From positions 190 to 64,189 of the forward strand of contig JAYKIB010000093.1 of assembly GCA_035285005.1 (NCBI GenBank): a stretch of DNA of 64,000 nt, in the 5' to 3' direction. Shown in pieces: positions 1 through 10,163 of this stretch; positions within the stretch are counted from its first letter, which is position 1; the number at the start of each line of letters is the position of its first letter. The notes beneath the pieces were generated by a model. The model saw only the letters and a list, made by a program, of their open reading frames with translations. It was not told the DNA's origin and searched no databases. A program made the position numbers and the translations under genes. The stretch is from Prochlorothrix sp. (lineage in GTDB: Bacteria > Cyanobacteriota > Cyanobacteriia > Prochlorotrichales > Prochlorotrichaceae).

Positions 1-371
1 TGAAGGCTTGGGGTTTGGTGAAACTGGAGAATAGGCGCTTTTTGCGGGGGCGATCGGCGGGCATGGTGTGCGGGGGCTGGACAGAGCCTCAGCGAAGGCG
101 ATGGTGTGATTGTACTGCACAATCGGTGGCTGAGTGTGACGCTGGGGGCGCGTTTGTTATGGCTTTGGGGAAGTTTCTGGAACAGCGGTATAGGGGCGGC
201 TAGAGCCGCCTTGCAAAGCTCATCTCGAGCTGTTGGGTAGGGGGTGAGAGGGTGGGTGAGGTGGGGGTTTTGGGGTCAACGTGGCGGGAACCGACGATCG
301 CGAGACTAGGGGCAGGGGCGATGGGGTGTATCTAGGGGCGGGGGGCAGATGAGGTGGCTGGCTTGGGGTTT

Positions 372-468
372 GGGCACTCGATTAATTGTGGCGCGCGGCG
401 AAGCCGCACGCCACAACCCTGGTTCTGCTGTAGACACTCTGGTGAAAATGTGAATTAATCGAGGTGCC
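372..468. repeat. Family-1 REP/MITE-like element (full: left TIR, GC hairpin, right TIR)
   Basis: GGGCACTCGATTAAT + TTGTGGCGCGCGGCGAAGCCGCACGCCACAA + CCCTGGTTCT...GGTGAAAATGTGAATTAATCGAGGTGCC. Confidence 0.85.
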
Positions 469-509
469 TGTTTGATGGAAGTGAATGCAACATAGGGAGT
501 GGGCGCTAC

Positions 510-3500
510 TTAAAGAGATTGTAGGAAATGAACTAGTTTTTGTGTTTCACCATCAGGATTTGCGAACCAGTCTGTAGACCAGATTCGATATAGAGTCCAC
601 CCTAATCGCTCTAGAACCTGTTGTCGTAGACGGTCTCGATCCCGGGCTGTTTTGGCCGAATGATACGTGGCCCCATCGCACTCAATTCCAGCAAGGTAGG
701 TGCCAGGGTGATGAGGATCGACGATCCCGAGATCGATAAAGTAACCCGAGACTCCAACTTGGGGTACTACTTCATAGCCTTGTTGGCGTAAGCGATCGGC
801 TACAACAATTTCAAAGTCACTGTCGGGTTCGCGTCCGGTGACAATTCCAGCCTGCAGACGGTGGGTTTGAGCATAGGTGAGGTAATCGCGCAGAATACTT
901 ACCCCACGATGGCGACCCTCGCGTATATCACTGGGCTTCATCGATGAAAAGATAACAACTCGCTCTTTGGCACGAGTAAACAGAACATTGAGACGGCGGT
1001 GACCATTTTTAGAGTTAATGGGTCCAAATCGCTGCATTACTGGCCCACCAGTTTCGCTAGGACCATAGACAGTTGAAATGAAGATCACGTCTCGTTCATC
1101 CCCTTGAACATTCTCCAAATTTTTAACAAATAAAGGCTCTAGAGTTGCTTCTTGTTTCATGCGGTACTCCTCTAGGGCTGGATGGAGTACAAAAAGCCGA
1201 TCGAGTTCATCTATGAGTAGCTCCTGCTGCTTTTGGTTTAAGGTGACTACTCCTAAGGAACGATCGGGGTAGCGTTCCACAAAATCAATGATAGCAGCGG
1301 CAACAGCTTGAGCTTCATTAAGATTGGCTCTATTCTGGTAGAGTCCAGATTCGACATAGCAATATTCCACAGCAAATTTTTGTCGAGGAGCAGGAAAAAT
1401 GGTGAGACTACTCTCATAAAACTCTCGATTGGAGAAAGCAATTAGGCTTTCATGACGAGAACGATAGTGCCACTTCAAGCGGCGAGCTGGATAAAAGACT
1501 TTCATAGCCATGTCTAGAATCGACTCACTATCTAAATCGGCATCTTCTGCATTCTCTTCATCAACATCCAATTGTGACTTAAAAAAATCTGTAGGGGGTA
1601 ACTGTTTTGGATCTCCTACGACGACTAATTGCTTAGCACGAGCTAGAGCGCATAATGCCTCCTCAGGCCGCATTTGGGAGGCTTCATCGATAATGACTAA
1701 ATCAAACGTGACTGCTCCTGGTGGAATAAATTGAGCCACGCTGGCGGGGGACATCATCCAGCAAGGCTTAATCTCTTGTAGGGCACGACTTGCTCTTTTA
1801 AATAGATTCCGCTGGGGAATATGTCGCTTTTGCTTGTTAATTTCGTGATGTATAAGAGCTAGATCTGTATATTCAGACTTACGACCACGATTATTGCCCT
1901 CAGTCACTTCAACTTGACTAAGTTGAGCCACTAAATGCTGTTGGTAGAGTTTTATAAGTTGCTGATCAACCTGTTGAAATTGTTCTCGGGCTTGCGCCTG
2001 GGAAATACCTGATAACTCTGCAAGATTAGGATATTCCCGATAGGCCATACGAATCAGAGATTGGTAGAAGATGAAGGGATAAACTAGATCCAGAAGCTCA
2101 AAGCTTAACTCTTCATCTGTAAATGCTTTCAAGAGGTCTTGCAGACCATCATCAATCACCTGTGCGTAGGCTCGGCGATAGTTAATCCATACTGATAGCT
2201 GATCCTGGACTTCGACTGCTCGTGCTAGTCGCTTTGCAATTAGTGGTAGATCCAAAGTCAAGAGGTCAGAGTGAGCAAACATCTCATTAAGGTTCGGTTG
2301 TCCCAAAAGAAGAAAAGCATGGCGCTGATCACTTTCTACCTGAAGTAATTGATCTAGCTCGCTTGAGAATTGATCAATTTGTTGTAATACTTGAAGTGCA
2401 TTAGAGGAAAAGAGAGTATCTTTTAAAGATTGGGGTAGTGACGATTGAAGATATGACTGAGCAAAGTTGAGTGTAGCTTCTAAGTTCTCATAGTTGGTTT
2501 GAGATCCTTGGTAGAACTCGCCAAGAGCTTCACAGACTGACAATCGATCCATTGATCTTTGATACCCTTCTAGCTTTTGTAGGCGCTGCTCGATCTCTTG
2601 AACAAAGTCATGTAAAGCAATTAATGCCTGAATATCGGTTTCTATCCCTTGGAAGAATCGATTACAAATACGCTTAGTTATAGGATTTCCTTGAAATGCT
2701 TTTACTTCATCCTTAAACTTAGAAATTAAGTGAAACTGATCTGCAATCTCAGAGTCAGAGTAATTTCTTTTATGCTTAAGAATACGATCCCAGTGATTTT
2801 TAGCCCGATCATAAGTTGAACTAAACCATACGTCTAGGAGATTGGCATGGCGAAGTTTATTGGCGTATTCAGCAAGACAGTCTGAACTTTCACAGATCCC
2901 TAGATGATAGTTCTTCTGTAGCTGTTGTTGTGTTGTCAGTAACTGTTCTTGCTGATCTCGGAGCTTGATTAGACTATGGCGTGTCGCGTGACATAAATCG
3001 GGGAAACGTTGCTTGAGATCTTGGGCGATAGCAGTAATTTCTTGAAGACTTACATCAGCACTTAAAGAAGAGGTAGGGAAAAGCTTCAAGGATGTCAGTT
3101 CTGGAGAATTAATCTGTTCTTGAAAGAAGCCCGTAAGGGCTTGAGACTCTTGTCGATAATCCCGCAGATATTCGAGGAGTTGAATAGCTCCTTCTTGAAC
3201 TGAGGTTGTGGCTAGGACTGGAAGTAATACTATATCAACCGCAGAACTTAATGAGGGACATTGATGCAGGTGCTCCTGTAGTTGCTGAATATGTTCTAAA
3301 GTTGTCAAAGGTTGGATCTTCCATGCCTGTGCGATCTGTTCGAGGTGTGTGGTTAGCTTTTTCAAGTTACTAGCCCATCCACTCACGCAGCTATATAGAT
3401 CCTGCTGATCAATGGGAGACAGGTTTTGTACAGTTAGTCCAAACCAAGGATGACGCTCTAAAATGGTATATTGCCGCAAAATTGATTGATGATCCTGACT

Positions 3501-5087
3501 AAACGCCTTTAAGTGCGTCATTTTGCGATTGAAGCTTGCGACACCCATCTCGATTGCTTGTGGATCGTGAATCTGCCCCAGTTGCATCGGTACGGCACAA
3601 CTTTTACATGCTTGCTCAGCTTTCTTACTAGCCCACAGTAGTTCCTGGATGGTGTTATTACTTTTTCCAAATGGCCGATTGAGCAATGAGACATATCGGG
3701 CGAGCTGGTCTCGCAGACGCCGATACTCTTGAATTTGCGCTTCAAGGGCTTGAGATACTTCGAGTGGCTCTTCTTGCTCTAGTCGGCGTTTGAGGTCACT
3801 GTAAAAAGTCTGACGAGCACCATTTGTTGCATGTGTCTCAAGACAGTAGTTGTCCAAACCTGCTGAGGTAAGACGGTTGTAGACAACATCAAGTGCTGCT
3901 TTCTTAGCTGCCACAAAGAGAATAGTTTTTCCCTGAGCCAAAGCGGCAGCAATGAGGTTTGTAATTGTTTGACTCTTACCTGTACCGGGCGGTCCTTCAA
4001 TGACCAAATTCTTGCCATCCATAACATCTACGATCGCTGAAAACTGGGAAGAATCAGCGTCTGTAATTAAAAGTGGCACTTTACGCTCGATATTGGGATC
4101 ATCAGCCCAATAGTCCTTGGCAATGAGTCCGTCACTAACAGCACCTTCTCCTAGTAGTAGGGCTGTGATCAAAGGATGCTGAAGCAGGCTGTCCCCTCCC
4201 TGAGGCCAGCGTTCTGGCTGGAGATCCTCGAAGAGTGCGATCCCTCCAAAAGAAAATAGGCTTAAGGTTAAAAAACGCCGAACCCTCCAGCGCGGACGAT
4301 CTTGAATTAAGGCTTCAACTTTCTGTAAATACTGTTCTGCTGTCGTCAGGTTGTTTTCGCTCTGCTCATCATCTGTTTCTTCTAACGACGGTAAAACGAG
4401 TCCAAAATCTCGCTTGAGACGCTCGCGCAAACTAAAGTTTCCCTCTGGATCCTCTCCAAAGGATCTGAGGGTATAGCAGTATTGGGAGTGGCGAAGTTCA
4501 CGATCGAGGCTAACTGGGTAGAGCCAGAGAGGTGCAAGGAGTGGATGATCAGATGAATCGGACTCGTACCACTCCAACATGCCAAAAGCTAAGTAAAGCA
4601 TGTTCAGTCCTGTCTCTTCGAGGGACTTACGGGCACCTGCTCGAATACCTGAGAGTTTACGGTCTAATTCCGTGGAGTATAGTAGGGTCTGAAGTCCTTT
4701 CTGCCGCTGGTCTGTTCGGGACTGGGAGTAATTGGGTCCCAAAATAAGATCATAGCTTGGATTAATTCCCAAGGATCTCGCATAATCTAGCTTTGATGGT
4801 CTTTCCTGGTTTTGGGCTGTGACTCCCAGTGTTTTACCGTCTAGTTGCACTATCGTCTCTGTCACCTCTGGCTCTGACTCTGGAGGCTCGGGTAATGGGT
4901 GAAATGTGAGACTCTTGTCCTTATCTAGGGTTTGAAAGATGATTTCTGGTGAGCAATCTACAATCCGAAGCTGTGTTCGTAGTCGGTCAGAGAACTTGAA
5001 ATTGAGAAGACGATTTCGACCACTGAGATCTAAGAGGCGGAGGCGAAGCAGCTCAAGTTGTTGCGCAACCAGGGAATCAATAGACAT
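510..5087 (-). CDS. Giant DUF4011 / superfamily-1 (Upf1-like, AAA_11+AAA_12) helicase fused to a C-terminal Vsr/DUF559-like restriction-endonuclease-fold domain (Hhe-like candidate defence protein)
   Basis: 1525-aa ORF. N-terminus LLDLSGRNRLLNF (DUF4011-like). Walker A GPPGTGKSQT. Motif II VIIDEASQM, then VVVGDPKQLPPT and ERDVIFIS. C-terminus GIECDGATYH...RDRDRLRQQVLERLGW (Vsr/DUF559-like). The gene is much AT-richer than its neighbours. Confidence 0.85.
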   Translation of the reverse strand: MSIDSLVAQQLELLRLRLLDLSGRNRLLNFKFSDRLRTQLRIVDCSPEIIFQTLDKDKSLTFHPLPEPPESEPEVTETIVQLDGKTLGVTAQNQERPSKLDYARSLGINPSYDLILGPNYSQSRTDQRQKGLQTLLYSTELDRKLSGIRAGARKSLEETGLNMLYLAFGMLEWYESDSSDHPLLAPLWLYPVSLDRELRHSQYCYTLRSFGEDPEGNFSLRERLKRDFGLVLPSLEETDDEQSENNLTTAEQYLQKVEALIQDRPRWRVRRFLTLSLFSFGGIALFEDLQPERWPQGGDSLLQHPLITALLLGEGAVSDGLIAKDYWADDPNIERKVPLLITDADSSQFSAIVDVMDGKNLVIEGPPGTGKSQTITNLIAAALAQGKTILFVAAKKAALDVVYNRLTSAGLDNYCLETHATNGARQTFYSDLKRRLEQEEPLEVSQALEAQIQEYRRLRDQLARYVSLLNRPFGKSNNTIQELLWASKKAEQACKSCAVPMQLGQIHDPQAIEMGVASFNRKMTHLKAFSQDHQSILRQYTILERHPWFGLTVQNLSPIDQQDLYSCVSGWASNLKKLTTHLEQIAQAWKIQPLTTLEHIQQLQEHLHQCPSLSSAVDIVLLPVLATTSVQEGAIQLLEYLRDYRQESQALTGFFQEQINSPELTSLKLFPTSSLSADVSLQEITAIAQDLKQRFPDLCHATRHSLIKLRDQQEQLLTTQQQLQKNYHLGICESSDCLAEYANKLRHANLLDVWFSSTYDRAKNHWDRILKHKRNYSDSEIADQFHLISKFKDEVKAFQGNPITKRICNRFFQGIETDIQALIALHDFVQEIEQRLQKLEGYQRSMDRLSVCEALGEFYQGSQTNYENLEATLNFAQSYLQSSLPQSLKDTLFSSNALQVLQQIDQFSSELDQLLQVESDQRHAFLLLGQPNLNEMFAHSDLLTLDLPLIAKRLARAVEVQDQLSVWINYRRAYAQVIDDGLQDLLKAFTDEELSFELLDLVYPFIFYQSLIRMAYREYPNLAELSGISQAQAREQFQQVDQQLIKLYQQHLVAQLSQVEVTEGNNRGRKSEYTDLALIHHEINKQKRHIPQRNLFKRASRALQEIKPCWMMSPASVAQFIPPGAVTFDLVIIDEASQMRPEEALCALARAKQLVVVGDPKQLPPTDFFKSQLDVDEENAEDADLDSESILDMAMKVFYPARRLKWHYRSRHESLIAFSNREFYESSLTIFPAPRQKFAVEYCYVESGLYQNRANLNEAQAVAAAIIDFVERYPDRSLGVVTLNQKQQELLIDELDRLFVLHPALEEYRMKQEATLEPLFVKNLENVQGDERDVIFISTVYGPSETGGPVMQRFGPINSKNGHRRLNVLFTRAKERVVIFSSMKPSDIREGRHRGVSILRDYLTYAQTHRLQAGIVTGREPDSDFEIVVADRLRQQGYEVVPQVGVSGYFIDLGIVDPHHPGTYLAGIECDGATYHSAKTARDRDRLRQQVLERLGWTLYRIWSTDWFANPDGETQKLVHFLQSL

Positions 5088-5675
5088 AGATGGGACCTTA
5101 TATGGATGGAGAGGCTGTCTCTATAGCTCCTTAGTCTAATCATTCCAACTGAGTTACGTCTAGTTCTGCTCGCCTGATTACAGGTGTATGCTATGGAAGT
5201 CGCCAAGCTGCGTAACACTAGTCCGTAGAGGAGACCCCCTGCGCAGAGGGAATTCGCGGCCTCACGACATCCTAATAAGCTAGTTTCTTGCTCTATGTGA
5301 TGATTCTCCCCGCTCATGACCATCCTCCATCAACTTCGTGACTTGGCTTTCCAACTCCCTCAGCAGATACTTGAAAACTCTCGATCGGTGCCGTTGATCC
5401 TCGAAGACTCTCCGTTGGTTGAGGGCTAGTCTAGGTCAGGGATCCACCGAATTATGAGGGATCCAACCTCGTGCTGTCCTGATCAACCTATCCATCGTCC
5501 TCGGTCTCCACGAATAGTCTATTTGCTGAAATCGGAAGTTATGATGCGTGTCGCAGCATAAACGCCCGGAAAAGACCAGTAATAGAGGATGGAAAACTTT
5601 GGAAACCTCAATTAAGCTTTAGCTAAATCCTAAAACTCACTAAAGCTTTGCCATGGCGCTGGACTTCTCTGCTTT

Positions 5676-5820
5676 AGAGGATATTTGAAAACTTCGGCCA
5701 AGGGCCGTAGGCCCTGGCAGAATCCCCCTCGGTCCCCCTTTATAAGGGGGAAGAAGAGGTCGTCCCCCCCTTATAAAGGGGGGTGTAGGGGGGATTCTCT
5801 TAGGTTTTCAAACATCCTCT
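5676..5820. repeat. Family-2 MITE, full copy (TIR AGAGGAT(A/G)TTTGAAAAC)
   Basis: AGAGGATATTTGAAAAC...GTTTTCAAACATCCTCT termini. Internal palindromes CCCCCTTTATAAGGGGG and CCCCCCCTTATAAAGGGGGG. Confidence 0.88.
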
Positions 5821-5911
5821 GAGGGCATTCCTAAACATCCAGCCGCATTGCCATCCCATCTCGATTCCAATTTCCACTGCCCCTGCTGCCCCCGCTGTCT
5901 TCCCGTGACCC

Positions 5912-8239
5912 ATGGCCTACGAACCCCTACACCACAAATATCGGCCCCAAATGTTCCAGCATTTGGTGGGACAAACGGCGATCGCCACGACGCTCACAAA
6001 CGCGCTACAGCAACAGCGGATTGCTCCGGCCTATCTATTCACAGGGCCTCGGGGAACCGGGAAAACGTCGAGTGCGCGCATCCTGGCCAAGTCCTTGAAT
6101 TGTTTAGCCAGCGATCGACCAACGGCAACACCCTGCGGTCAGTGTGAGGCGTGCCAAAGCATTGCCCGAGGGACTGCTTTGGATGTCATTGAGATTGACG
6201 CGGCCAGTAATACCGGAGTTGACAATATTCGGGAGTTAATTGAAAAGTCACAATTTGCGCCGGTCCAATGCAGATATAAGGTCTATGTAATCGATGAGTG
6301 CCATATGCTCAGCACAGCAGCATTTAATGCACTCCTAAAGACCCTAGAAGAACCCCCCGATCGGGTCATTTTTGTCCTCGCCACCACCGATCCCCAACGC
6401 GTCCTACCCACAATCATCTCCCGCTGCCAGCGTTTCGACTTTCGCCGCATTCCGCTGGATGCCATGGTCAGCCATCTCCAGCAGATTGCCCAGCAGGAAC
6501 AAATCGAGATTACTGAGGCCGCAGTGACTCTAGTGGCCCAAATTGCCCAGGGTGGGCTACGAGATGCAGAAAGTTTGCTGGATCAGTTGAGTTTACTGCC
6601 GCCTCCGATTACCCCTGAAGCCGTCTGGGACTTAGTGGGGGCCGTGCCGGAACGGGACTTGCTGGCCCTGACGGAGGCGATCGCCGCCAACCAGCCCGAA
6701 CAACTCATCGATGTGGCCCGTCGTCTCATGAACCGAGGCCGCGAGCCCCTGATTGTATTGCAAAATCTCGCCAGTTTTTACCGGGACTTACTGATCGCCA
6801 AAACTGCCCCCCAACGCGGGGATCTGGTGGCAATTACGGCGGATACCTGGCAGGAAATGTGCCAATTCGTCCAATCGATCGATCTCAACGCCATTTTGCA
6901 GGGACAGCAGCATTTACGCAGCAGTGAGGTCCAACTGAAAAATACAACCCAGCCTCGCCTGTGGTTGGAGGTCACGTTGATGGGGCTATTGCCCACCACC
7001 CTAGCGGCTGCGGCTCCGGTGGCAACCCCGATCGCTTCGCCTCCCCCTCCGGCTCCCGCCACTCCAACCGCTGCACTCCCTACCCCCACAATCCCCACCG
7101 GAGCAGCCCCAACCCCGCCAGCGATCGTCCCCGTTCCGGCTGCCTCCCCTACCCAAGCAGCGACTCCTTCAGTCGCCCAGCCCCCCATGACAGCTCCAGC
7201 CCCCGTGAGCCCCGCCGCCCCGCCCACGGGTCACCCCCTAGCCCCCACAGCATCCACAGCATCGGAGTCGGTTGCCTCGGCTCCCCTGGCACCTCCCCCA
7301 GAACCCGCCTCCTCCCCGGATCTCAACCAACTGTGGCAACGGGTCGTCAATCGCCTCAGCTCCCGAAGTACACGCATTTTATTAGAGCAACAGGTGCGTC
7401 TGCTGGATGTACAGGGGGGACGGGTTCGGATTAGTAGCCCTCCAGGGCTGAAGCAAACGGTGGAAACGCGCATTCCCCAAGTGGAAGAGGTATTTACCCA
7501 GGTTTTAGGTCGATCGGTTTCGATTCAGCTTGAAACCCGCGCCAAAACTGATTCCACAGCTCCTCCGACTGCCGGCCCCTCCCTATCGCCGGCCCAGACA
7601 GCTTCCCCAGGGCCACCCACCCCCACTTCACCGGCCCCAACCCCCCAGCCCCCAGCCCCTCCACAGACCCCGATCGCATCTCCCCCCCCTGCGCCTGTTA
7701 CGCCCCCACCGTCCTCGGTTTCTCCGACCTCGACTCACCCAACCACTGCGCCCCAACCTACTTCTGCGCCCCAGACTGCCCCTGACCCCGTTGCGCCCCA
7801 AGCTGCTGCTCCCCCAACCCCAGATCAGTCCCAAACACCAGCCCCCCAGCCTCCAACACCGCCACCCGTAGTCCCTCAGCCCTCAGCCCCTCACACCTCC
7901 GTGACGCCGGCCTCACCTCACCCCCCAACACCCCACATCCCCACACCGCAAGCCCCCACACCGCAAGCCCCCACACCGCAAGCAACTCCTTCTCCCCTCC
8001 CACCCTCTACCCAAGTAAACCAGCCCGTGACAGCGGTAACGGCAGGATTGGCCCCAAAAACTGGAGAAGCGATCTCCACCACACGATCGGCGATGTGGGC
8101 AGATGATGAGGTGGCACGGGCTGCGAAAAGCTTAGCGGACTTCTTTAATGGCCAAGTGGTACAGGAAGATGGTGATCCCAATGAGATTGACCTCGAAATC
8201 TGGAACCAGATACCTTTAGAAGAAGATGAAGCGTTTTAG
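5912..8239 (+). CDS. dnaX: DNA polymerase III subunit gamma/tau with a ~330-aa Pro/Thr/Ala-rich low-complexity region
   Basis: GPRGTGKTS Walker A, VYVIDECHML, ISRCQRFDF. ATG at 5912. Confidence 0.95.
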   Translation: MAYEPLHHKYRPQMFQHLVGQTAIATTLTNALQQQRIAPAYLFTGPRGTGKTSSARILAKSLNCLASDRPTATPCGQCEACQSIARGTALDVIEIDAASNTGVDNIRELIEKSQFAPVQCRYKVYVIDECHMLSTAAFNALLKTLEEPPDRVIFVLATTDPQRVLPTIISRCQRFDFRRIPLDAMVSHLQQIAQQEQIEITEAAVTLVAQIAQGGLRDAESLLDQLSLLPPPITPEAVWDLVGAVPERDLLALTEAIAANQPEQLIDVARRLMNRGREPLIVLQNLASFYRDLLIAKTAPQRGDLVAITADTWQEMCQFVQSIDLNAILQGQQHLRSSEVQLKNTTQPRLWLEVTLMGLLPTTLAAAAPVATPIASPPPPAPATPTAALPTPTIPTGAAPTPPAIVPVPAASPTQAATPSVAQPPMTAPAPVSPAAPPTGHPLAPTASTASESVASAPLAPPPEPASSPDLNQLWQRVVNRLSSRSTRILLEQQVRLLDVQGGRVRISSPPGLKQTVETRIPQVEEVFTQVLGRSVSIQLETRAKTDSTAPPTAGPSLSPAQTASPGPPTPTSPAPTPQPPAPPQTPIASPPPAPVTPPPSSVSPTSTHPTTAPQPTSAPQTAPDPVAPQAAAPPTPDQSQTPAPQPPTPPPVVPQPSAPHTSVTPASPHPPTPHIPTPQAPTPQAPTPQATPSPLPPSTQVNQPVTAVTAGLAPKTGEAISTTRSAMWADDEVARAAKSLADFFNGQVVQEDGDPNEIDLEIWNQIPLEEDEAF
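7941..7985 (+). repeat. In-frame 15-bp tandem repeat x3 inside dnaX (encodes PTPQA repeats)
   Basis: CCACACCGCAAGCCC x2 plus CCACACCGCAAGCAA. Confidence 0.85.
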
Positions 8240-8353
8240 GAAGCTGAAAATAGCCCTCGGGCCGATTAACTGACAAAACTGGGTCCTAACAGGGTACAAA
8301 GAGCAATCCGACTAACGTTCCGCAGCCCTCGGCGCACAAAGCATAATTACCCC

Positions 8354-8468
8354 AGGGCACCTCGATCAATTGGGTTGCGCGGCTTCGCCGCGCAACCCAA
8401 CCCTGATTCTACCGGGCACCTCGATTAATGATGGCAGGCGGCGAAGCCGCCTACCATAACCCTGATTC
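8354..8468. repeat. Family-1 element, two tandem left halves
   Basis: The module GGGCACCTCGAT(C/T)AAT + hairpin + CCCTGATTCT occurs twice. The stems differ (TTGGGTTGCGC / TGATGGCAGGC) and the loops differ (CTTC / GAAG). Confidence 0.85.
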
Positions 8469-8496
8469 TTGCGGGGGTCATGGTTAGAAACACCCT

Positions 8497-9969
8497 CTAG
8501 TCTCGGTTTTGGAGTTTATTGACAAGGGCATAAAACGGTTCCCAATCATCCGCTTGATCGATCGCAGCCCACACCGCCTCAATGTGGGGGCGGGTTAAGT
8601 AGGTGTGACCATTCCAGCGATCGAGCTGATTCTGCACACCCTCCAGTTCAGCCTCGGGAAGGGCTTGAAGGAGATAGTGGTATCGATCGCGCCAGGTTTC
8701 CCACAGGGACTGGGGGGGAGCTTGGGCACCTTCTTCCGTAGAATCCACCAAATCCAAGGGAATCAGCCCACTATTCTCCCGCCATTGGGGAGAGAACTGC
8801 CGCCGCAAACGGCTAAAGAAGACTCCGTAGTTGACTTGAGTCGTTTGGAGAAGTTCCAGGGTCGATCGCACCAACTCCTCCGGTTCTGAGACCTGGGCCG
8901 GATTGAAGCCCAACCGTTGCACCATTCGATCGAGATAGGCCAGCCGAAAGTGCTCATCAAACGCCTCTAACTCCGCTTTGAGCGCCTCTACCTCCGTAAT
9001 CATGCCCAAGGGCCGTTGTAGAAGCTCCAGGTTTAACTTGCAAATGGGGGCTTGGTTCCCATAACAGTAGCGACCATAGTGATCAAAATAGGCCGCCGTA
9101 AAACGGGGATTATAGGTGGGAATAAAAGCATAGGGACCATAGTCAAAGCTTTCCCCCGTAATCGACATGTTATCGGTGTTAAGCACCGCATGGCAGAATC
9201 CCACACTCACCCATTGGGCCGTCAAGGTCGCCACCCGCTGAATCAGCTCACGATAAAACGGAACAACGGGCAAGTCTGCGGAAGGATCAGGCCATAAGTG
9301 GGGATAATAGACCGAAATTACATGACTGAGGAGTCGCTCCACCAGATCACGCCGTCCTAAATAGTGATAGCGTTCAAAGGTACCAAAGCGAATATGGGAC
9401 TGACTAAACCGAATCATCACCGACGATCGGGTCGGTGACGGCTCATCACCGCGCCACAGCTGTTCCCCCGTTTCCACTAAACTCAAACAACGCGAGGTGT
9501 TGACCCCAAGAGCATGGAGAGCTTCCGCCGCCAACACTTCCCGCACCCCACCCTTGAGGGTGAGCCGTCCATCCCCTCCCCGACTCCAGGGAGTCATCCC
9601 CGACCCTTTCGTGCCGAAGTCATAGAGCACCCCATCGGTGCCCCGCACTTGACCGTACAAAAAGCCCCGACCATCCCCCAATTGGGGGTTATAGGTGCCA
9701 AACTGGTAACCATGGTAGCGTAGGGCCAAGAGAGGATGGCGACCTTGGAAACGCCCAAAGGCTTCGATGAAATGCTCATCGCTCACGCTATCTACCGCTA
9801 AATTTAGGCGGGGGAGAAGGTTATCATTGCGAAATCTAAGGATTTGCTGGGGAAAGTCTGCCGCAGCAACAATATCGTAGTAATTGTCCCCTAGGCTTTC
9901 AAGGGTGGGTTCGTAGTTCAAGGCCAGGAAAGGATTTTGGGTCACGGTACAGGGGACTATGGACAACAA
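8497..9969 (-). CDS. selO: SelO/YdiU-family protein adenylyltransferase (UPF0061)
   Basis: [18 protein letters not shown] and [20 protein letters not shown] motifs typical of SelO pseudokinase-fold AMPylases. Confidence 0.88.
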   Translation of the reverse strand: MLSIVPCTVTQNPFLALNYEPTLESLGDNYYDIVAAADFPQQILRFRNDNLLPRLNLAVDSVSDEHFIEAFGRFQGRHPLLALRYHGYQFGTYNPQLGDGRGFLYGQVRGTDGVLYDFGTKGSGMTPWSRGGDGRLTLKGGVREVLAAEALHALGVNTSRCLSLVETGEQLWRGDEPSPTRSSVMIRFSQSHIRFGTFERYHYLGRRDLVERLLSHVISVYYPHLWPDPSADLPVVPFYRELIQRVATLTAQWVSVGFCHAVLNTDNMSITGESFDYGPYAFIPTYNPRFTAAYFDHYGRYCYGNQAPICKLNLELLQRPLGMITEVEALKAELEAFDEHFRLAYLDRMVQRLGFNPAQVSEPEELVRSTLELLQTTQVNYGVFFSRLRRQFSPQWRENSGLIPLDLVDSTEEGAQAPPQSLWETWRDRYHYLLQALPEAELEGVQNQLDRWNGHTYLTRPHIEAVWAAIDQADDWEPFYALVNKLQNRD

Positions 9970-10163
9970 ATCCTCTCTATCCTACAGTTTCTCGCAGATT
10001 CAACTGTTCCCGATCGACCACCCAGAAGCCTTAAAATCCTAGCTAAGCGACCAATGGCAGCCGCCCAGGGGTGTTTATCGCCTTTTACCGCATCTTGCAG
10101 AGGTAGACGAACAGCGCGATACCATCCCCCCCGATCCCATCACTCCCCATCATCGCTCCTTCA

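Noticed and set aside
15-203. A 62-aa ORF and a G-rich stretch at the left edge of the window
   Set aside because: Arg/Gly-rich translation with no motif. It is probably non-coding or the truncated flank of a gene outside the window. Only a GGCGGC-TAGA-GCCGCC hairpin (~196-211) is notable.
5140-5300. Possible group II intron domain V, tRNA-like or att fragment in the helicase upstream region (GTGTATGCTATGGAAGTCGCC..., GTAACTCAGTTGGAATG on the minus strand)
   Set aside because: Attempted pairings do not give the 34-nt D5 helix with the AGC triad, and no cloverleaf can be completed. The resemblance is limited to a few nucleotides.
6778-8181. Multiple 60-157-aa ORFs in other frames and on the opposite strand across the dnaX Pro-rich region
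   Set aside because: They are artefacts of GC/CCN-rich low-complexity DNA. The translations are G/R/P-rich with no motifs, and they lie fully inside a well-supported gene.
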